A stretch of 64,000 bases of DNA from Candidatus Aminicenantes bacterium. Its GTDB lineage: Bacteria; Acidobacteriota; Aminicenantia; Aminicenantales; JAFGAV01. Every line of letters starts with the position of its first letter. Positions within the stretch are counted from its first letter, which is position 1. The notes under the pieces are model-generated. The model made no database searches. It had not been told where the DNA came from and saw nothing but the letters and a program-made list of their open reading frames with translations. Shown here piece after piece: positions 60,857 through 64,000 of this stretch. The stretch covers positions 1,270,075 through 1,334,074 of the forward strand of contig OY970122.1 of assembly GCA_963705895.1 (NCBI GenBank), written 5' to 3'. The position numbers were made by a program, and so were the translations under genes.

Positions 60857-62860
60857 ATGAGGTCGATGAAGGCCTTCAAACTCCGTTCGGAATTCGAGCC
60901 CCGGGGCGATCAGGTCCAGGCCATCGAAGCCTTGTCCCAGGGCCTGGCCCAGGGCGCCGCTCACCAGACCCTCATGGGCGTGACGGGCTCGGGCAAGACC
61001 TTCACCATGGCCAACGTCATCAGCCGGCTCAACAAGCCGGTCCTGGTCGTCTCCCACAACAAGACCCTGGCCGCCCAACTCTACCAGGAATTCCGCCGCT
61101 TCTTCCCTGAGAACGCGGTCGGTTACTTCGTGAGCTACTACGACTACTACCAGCCCGAAGCCTACATCCCCGCCACCAACACCTATATCGCCAAGGAGGC
61201 CACCATCAACGACGAGATCGACCGGCTCCGGCTGAGCGCCACCAACGCCCTCTTCCAGCGCCAGGACGTCATCATCGTCGCTTCCGTATCGTGCATCTAC
61301 GGCATCGGCGCTCCCGAGACCTACCGAGCCATGAGCTTCTCCCTCAGGCAGGGACAGGAGGTCACGCGGCGGCGCATCCTCCAGGACCTGGTCGGCGTCC
61401 AGTATGAGCGCCAGGACGCCGATTTCAAGCGGGGCGGCTTTCGCGTCCGGGGGGACGTCGTCGAGGTCTTTCCCTCCTACGAGGATCATGCCTATCGGGT
61501 CGAGCTCGAGGGAGGACGCATCCTCAGGCTCTCGTCCATCGACCCCCTTCTGGGAAAGGTCCTCGACACGTTCGAGGAGCTGGTCATCCATCCCCGCACG
61601 TTCTTCTCCACGCCGCGCGACATCCTGGACGAGTCGGCCTCGGCCATCGAGCGCGAGCTCGAAGAACGCGTGGCCTCTTTCCGCGGCCAGGGCAAGGTCA
61701 TCGAAGCCGATCGCATCGAGGAGCGGACGCGCTACGACCTGGAGATGCTCCGCGAGTTCGGGTTCTGCCCGGGCATCGAAAACTACTCGCTCTACCTCAG
61801 CCGCCGCCGGCCGGGTCAGCCGCCCTACACCCTCCTCGATTATTTCCCCGAGGATTTTCTGACGATCATCGACGAATCGCACCAGACCGTGCCCCAGGTT
61901 GGAGGGATGTATCACGGCGACCGCTCGCGCAAGCTGACCCTGATCGAGCACGGCTTCCGGCTTCCGTCCGCCCTGGACAACCGGCCGCTCAACTTCGCCG
62001 AGTTCGAGGAGCGGGTGGGGCCCGTCCTCTATGTTTCGGCCACTCCCGCCTTGTATGAGCTCAAGAAAAGCAAGGGTCACGTGGTCGAACAGGTCATACG
62101 TCCCACGGGCTTGACCGACCCGGAGGTCGAGGTGCGTCCCATCAAGGGTCAGGTGGACGACCTGCGGACCGAGGTCGAGAAACGCGCCGCCTTGAGAGAG
62201 CGGACGCTGGTGACGACCTTGACCAAGCGCATGGCCGAGGACCTGACCCAGTACTACCACGAGCTGGGGCTTCGGGTTCGCTACCTGCATTCCGAGATCG
62301 ACACCCTGGAGCGGGTCAAGATCCTGCGCGACCTGAGGAAGGGCGTCTTCGATACCCTGGTGGGGATCAACCTCCTGCGCGAGGGCCTGGACCTGCCCGA
62401 AGTCTCCCTGGTGGCCATCCTGGACGCCGACAAGGAGGGTTTCCTCCGCTCCGCGAGCTCGCTCATCCAGACCTTCGGCCGGGCGGCGCGCAACGTCTCG
62501 GGCCGGGTCATCCTCTACGCCGACGTCATGACCGATTCGATGCGGCAGGCCATGGCCGAGACCGACCGCAGGCGGGCCATCCAGCAGCAGTACAACGCCG
62601 CCAACGGCATCACCCCTCAATCCATCCGGAAGAGGATCGACGAGGTCCTGTCGAGCGTTTACGAGCGCGATTACCTGGATTACACGCGGGTGGCCGAGGA
62701 CAAGGACGTTTTCCTCTCGCCCCAAAAGCGCCATGAGCTCCTGGAGAAGCTCGACCAGGAGATGAAGGCGGCGGCCAAGAACCTCGAGTTTGAGAAGGCG
62801 GCCCGCATCCGGGACGAGATCGCCAAGCTCAAGCGGGGAGAGGTTGAATGGGGCCTGTGA
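60857..62860 (+). CDS. uvrB: excinuclease ABC subunit B
   Basis: [42 protein letters not shown], and a C-terminal UVR motif [12 protein letters not shown]. Start M29 or M32 of the track ORF. Confidence 0.95.
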   Translation: MRSMKAFKLRSEFEPRGDQVQAIEALSQGLAQGAAHQTLMGVTGSGKTFTMANVISRLNKPVLVVSHNKTLAAQLYQEFRRFFPENAVGYFVSYYDYYQPEAYIPATNTYIAKEATINDEIDRLRLSATNALFQRQDVIIVASVSCIYGIGAPETYRAMSFSLRQGQEVTRRRILQDLVGVQYERQDADFKRGGFRVRGDVVEVFPSYEDHAYRVELEGGRILRLSSIDPLLGKVLDTFEELVIHPRTFFSTPRDILDESASAIERELEERVASFRGQGKVIEADRIEERTRYDLEMLREFGFCPGIENYSLYLSRRRPGQPPYTLLDYFPEDFLTIIDESHQTVPQVGGMYHGDRSRKLTLIEHGFRLPSALDNRPLNFAEFEERVGPVLYVSATPALYELKKSKGHVVEQVIRPTGLTDPEVEVRPIKGQVDDLRTEVEKRAALRERTLVTTLTKRMAEDLTQYYHELGLRVRYLHSEIDTLERVKILRDLRKGVFDTLVGINLLREGLDLPEVSLVAILDADKEGFLRSASSLIQTFGRAARNVSGRVILYADVMTDSMRQAMAETDRRRAIQQQYNAANGITPQSIRKRIDEVLSSVYERDYLDYTRVAEDKDVFLSPQKRHELLEKLDQEMKAAAKNLEFEKAARIRDEIAKLKRGEVEWGL

Positions 62861-64000
62861 AGACGGCGGCCCTCAAGCGCAAGGCCGGGCTCTTCCCGGA
62901 AAAGCCCGGCATCTATTTTTTCAAGGATGGCCGCGGCCTGGTCGTCTACATCGGCAAGGCCCGTTCCCTTCGCGACAGGGTGAGATCCTATTTTCAGCCG
63001 AGCGATGACCCCAAGGTCCGCAACATCCTGGCCGAGACCGCCGACATCGAATACATCCTCACCGGATCGGAACGGGAAGCCGCGTTCCTTGAGAACAATT
63101 TCGTCCGCCAGCACCAGCCCAAGTTCAACCTCAGGCTCAAGGACGACAAGAATTTTCCCTTCATCAAGATCACGGTTCAGGAAGAGTACCCGGGCGTGTA
63201 CCTGTCGCGCCGGGTCGAGCCCGACGGGGCCCGCTACTTCGGACCCTTCTCCCCCGCTCACCAGGCCCGCCAGACCATCAGGCTCACGAGCAAGTTCTTC
63301 GGACTGAGGGCCTGCGAGGAAACCGTTTTCCGCAGCCGCAAGCGTCCCTGTCTCGAGTATGAACTGAAATGCTGCGCCGCCCCCTGCGTCGGCCTGGTCA
63401 GCCCATCCGCATACCGGGAGGACGTGGCCAACGCCCTGCTCCTTCTCGAAGGAAAAACCAAGGAGTTGGCCGAGGCCATGAGAGCCAAAATGGATCAGGC
63501 CGCTGGCCGCCAGGAATTCGAACAGGCCGCCCACTGGCGCGATACGCTGGTGACGATCGAGCGCCTCAGGGATAGACCGCGGCTGATCTCCGTGGGCCGG
63601 GAAGACAAGGACATTTGGGGCCGCAGCCGGGCGGGAGACAAGGACGGATTCCTCATCTTTCTGATGAGAAAGGGCCGGGTCAGCGAGACGAGGGAGCTCA
63701 TCCTCGACGTCGGGACCGGGGCCGATCCGGCCCGGGCTATGGCCGAGGCCCTGGAAAGATTCTATCAGGGCCCGGCGGACATCCCGGATCAGATTCTCGT
63801 GCCCGTTAGGCCCCGAGACGACGAGGTCATAGCCGCAAGGTTATCCGCCGCCAGGAGTAAGAAGGCTCGCCTTTTCGTCCCGGCCAAAGGCAAGAACAAG
63901 GACTTGCTCGACCTCACCATGCGCAACGCCGAGATCATGATGGGCCGGCGGCAGGGCGAGACGGCCGCGCTCGAGGAGGTCCGGAAGATCCTGAGCCTGG
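62848..64000 (+). CDS. uvrC: excinuclease ABC subunit C (5' part; continues past right edge)
   Basis: GIY-YIG domain [26 protein letters not shown] ... [27 protein letters not shown], and UVR domain [13 protein letters not shown]. Overlaps the uvrB stop. Absent from the track because it is truncated. Confidence 0.9.
   Translation, partial: MGPVKTAALKRKAGLFPEKPGIYFFKDGRGLVVYIGKARSLRDRVRSYFQPSDDPKVRNILAETADIEYILTGSEREAAFLENNFVRQHQPKFNLRLKDDKNFPFIKITVQEEYPGVYLSRRVEPDGARYFGPFSPAHQARQTIRLTSKFFGLRACEETVFRSRKRPCLEYELKCCAAPCVGLVSPSAYREDVANALLLLEGKTKELAEAMRAKMDQAAGRQEFEQAAHWRDTLVTIERLRDRPRLISVGREDKDIWGRSRAGDKDGFLIFLMRKGRVSETRELILDVGTGADPARAMAEALERFYQGPADIPDQILVPVRPRDDEVIAARLSAARSKKARLFVPAKGKNKDLLDLTMRNAEIMMGRRQGETAALEEVRKILSL

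Noticed and set aside
60284-62734. 816-aa ORF on the minus strand
   Set aside because: It lies exactly antisense to uvrB, which has unmistakable motifs. Its composition is Gly/Asp/Val/Leu/Arg-rich, typical of shadow frames in GC-rich DNA.

Overview
The window has three parts. All calls come from reading the sequence and from remembered family motifs. No searches were run.

(1) 1-5156 is a low-GC accessory islet. It holds the 5' end of an AIPR-like Abi gene, an orphan 114-aa gene, a controller-regulated BamHI-family restriction-modification system, and a secreted GloVer-repeat protein bracketed by degenerate tRNA-3'-end repeats.

(2) 5157-14864 is a ~9.6-kb integrative element inserted in tRNA-Leu(CAA), bounded by a 59-bp direct repeat. 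It looks like a phage satellite. It carries a broken tyrosine integrase, an RHH gene, TerL, RusA, a DnaB-N/RepA-type helicase, an iteron array, Cro/Xis-like HTH genes and a Cys-rich cargo gene. It has no portal, capsid or tail genes.

(3) 14865-64000 is high-GC chromosome:
- heptose-nucleotide synthesis fused to a GT9 transferase
- TrmH
- two ECF sigma/anti-sigma modules, one with an HtrA-like protein lacking the catalytic His and Asp, the other with LiaF/LiaG-like proteins
- tRNA-Gly, OmpA, and a lysC-asd-metA-metY operon with a structured leader
- rubrerythrin and galactoside utilisation genes (GH27, galK, SSS symporter)
- a BNR/sortilin-like giant protein and a KimA-like K+ transporter
- a permuted 11-subunit, complex-I-like group-4 [NiFe] hydrogenase with HycI
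- an APC permease, bactofilin, uvrB and uvrC

The most novel-looking locus is 33479-35204. It is a three-gene cassette: an HPr-kinase-like P-loop protein, a PqqD-type RiPP recognition protein, and a 92-aa Cys/His/Gly-rich peptide gene between them with its own consensus promoter. No lasso or radical-SAM maturase occurs anywhere in the window.

Several genes show single-nucleotide frame breaks, mostly at G/C runs. Assembly indel errors are therefore a real possibility.

Many long ORFs in the supplied track are antisense shadows of GC-rich genes.
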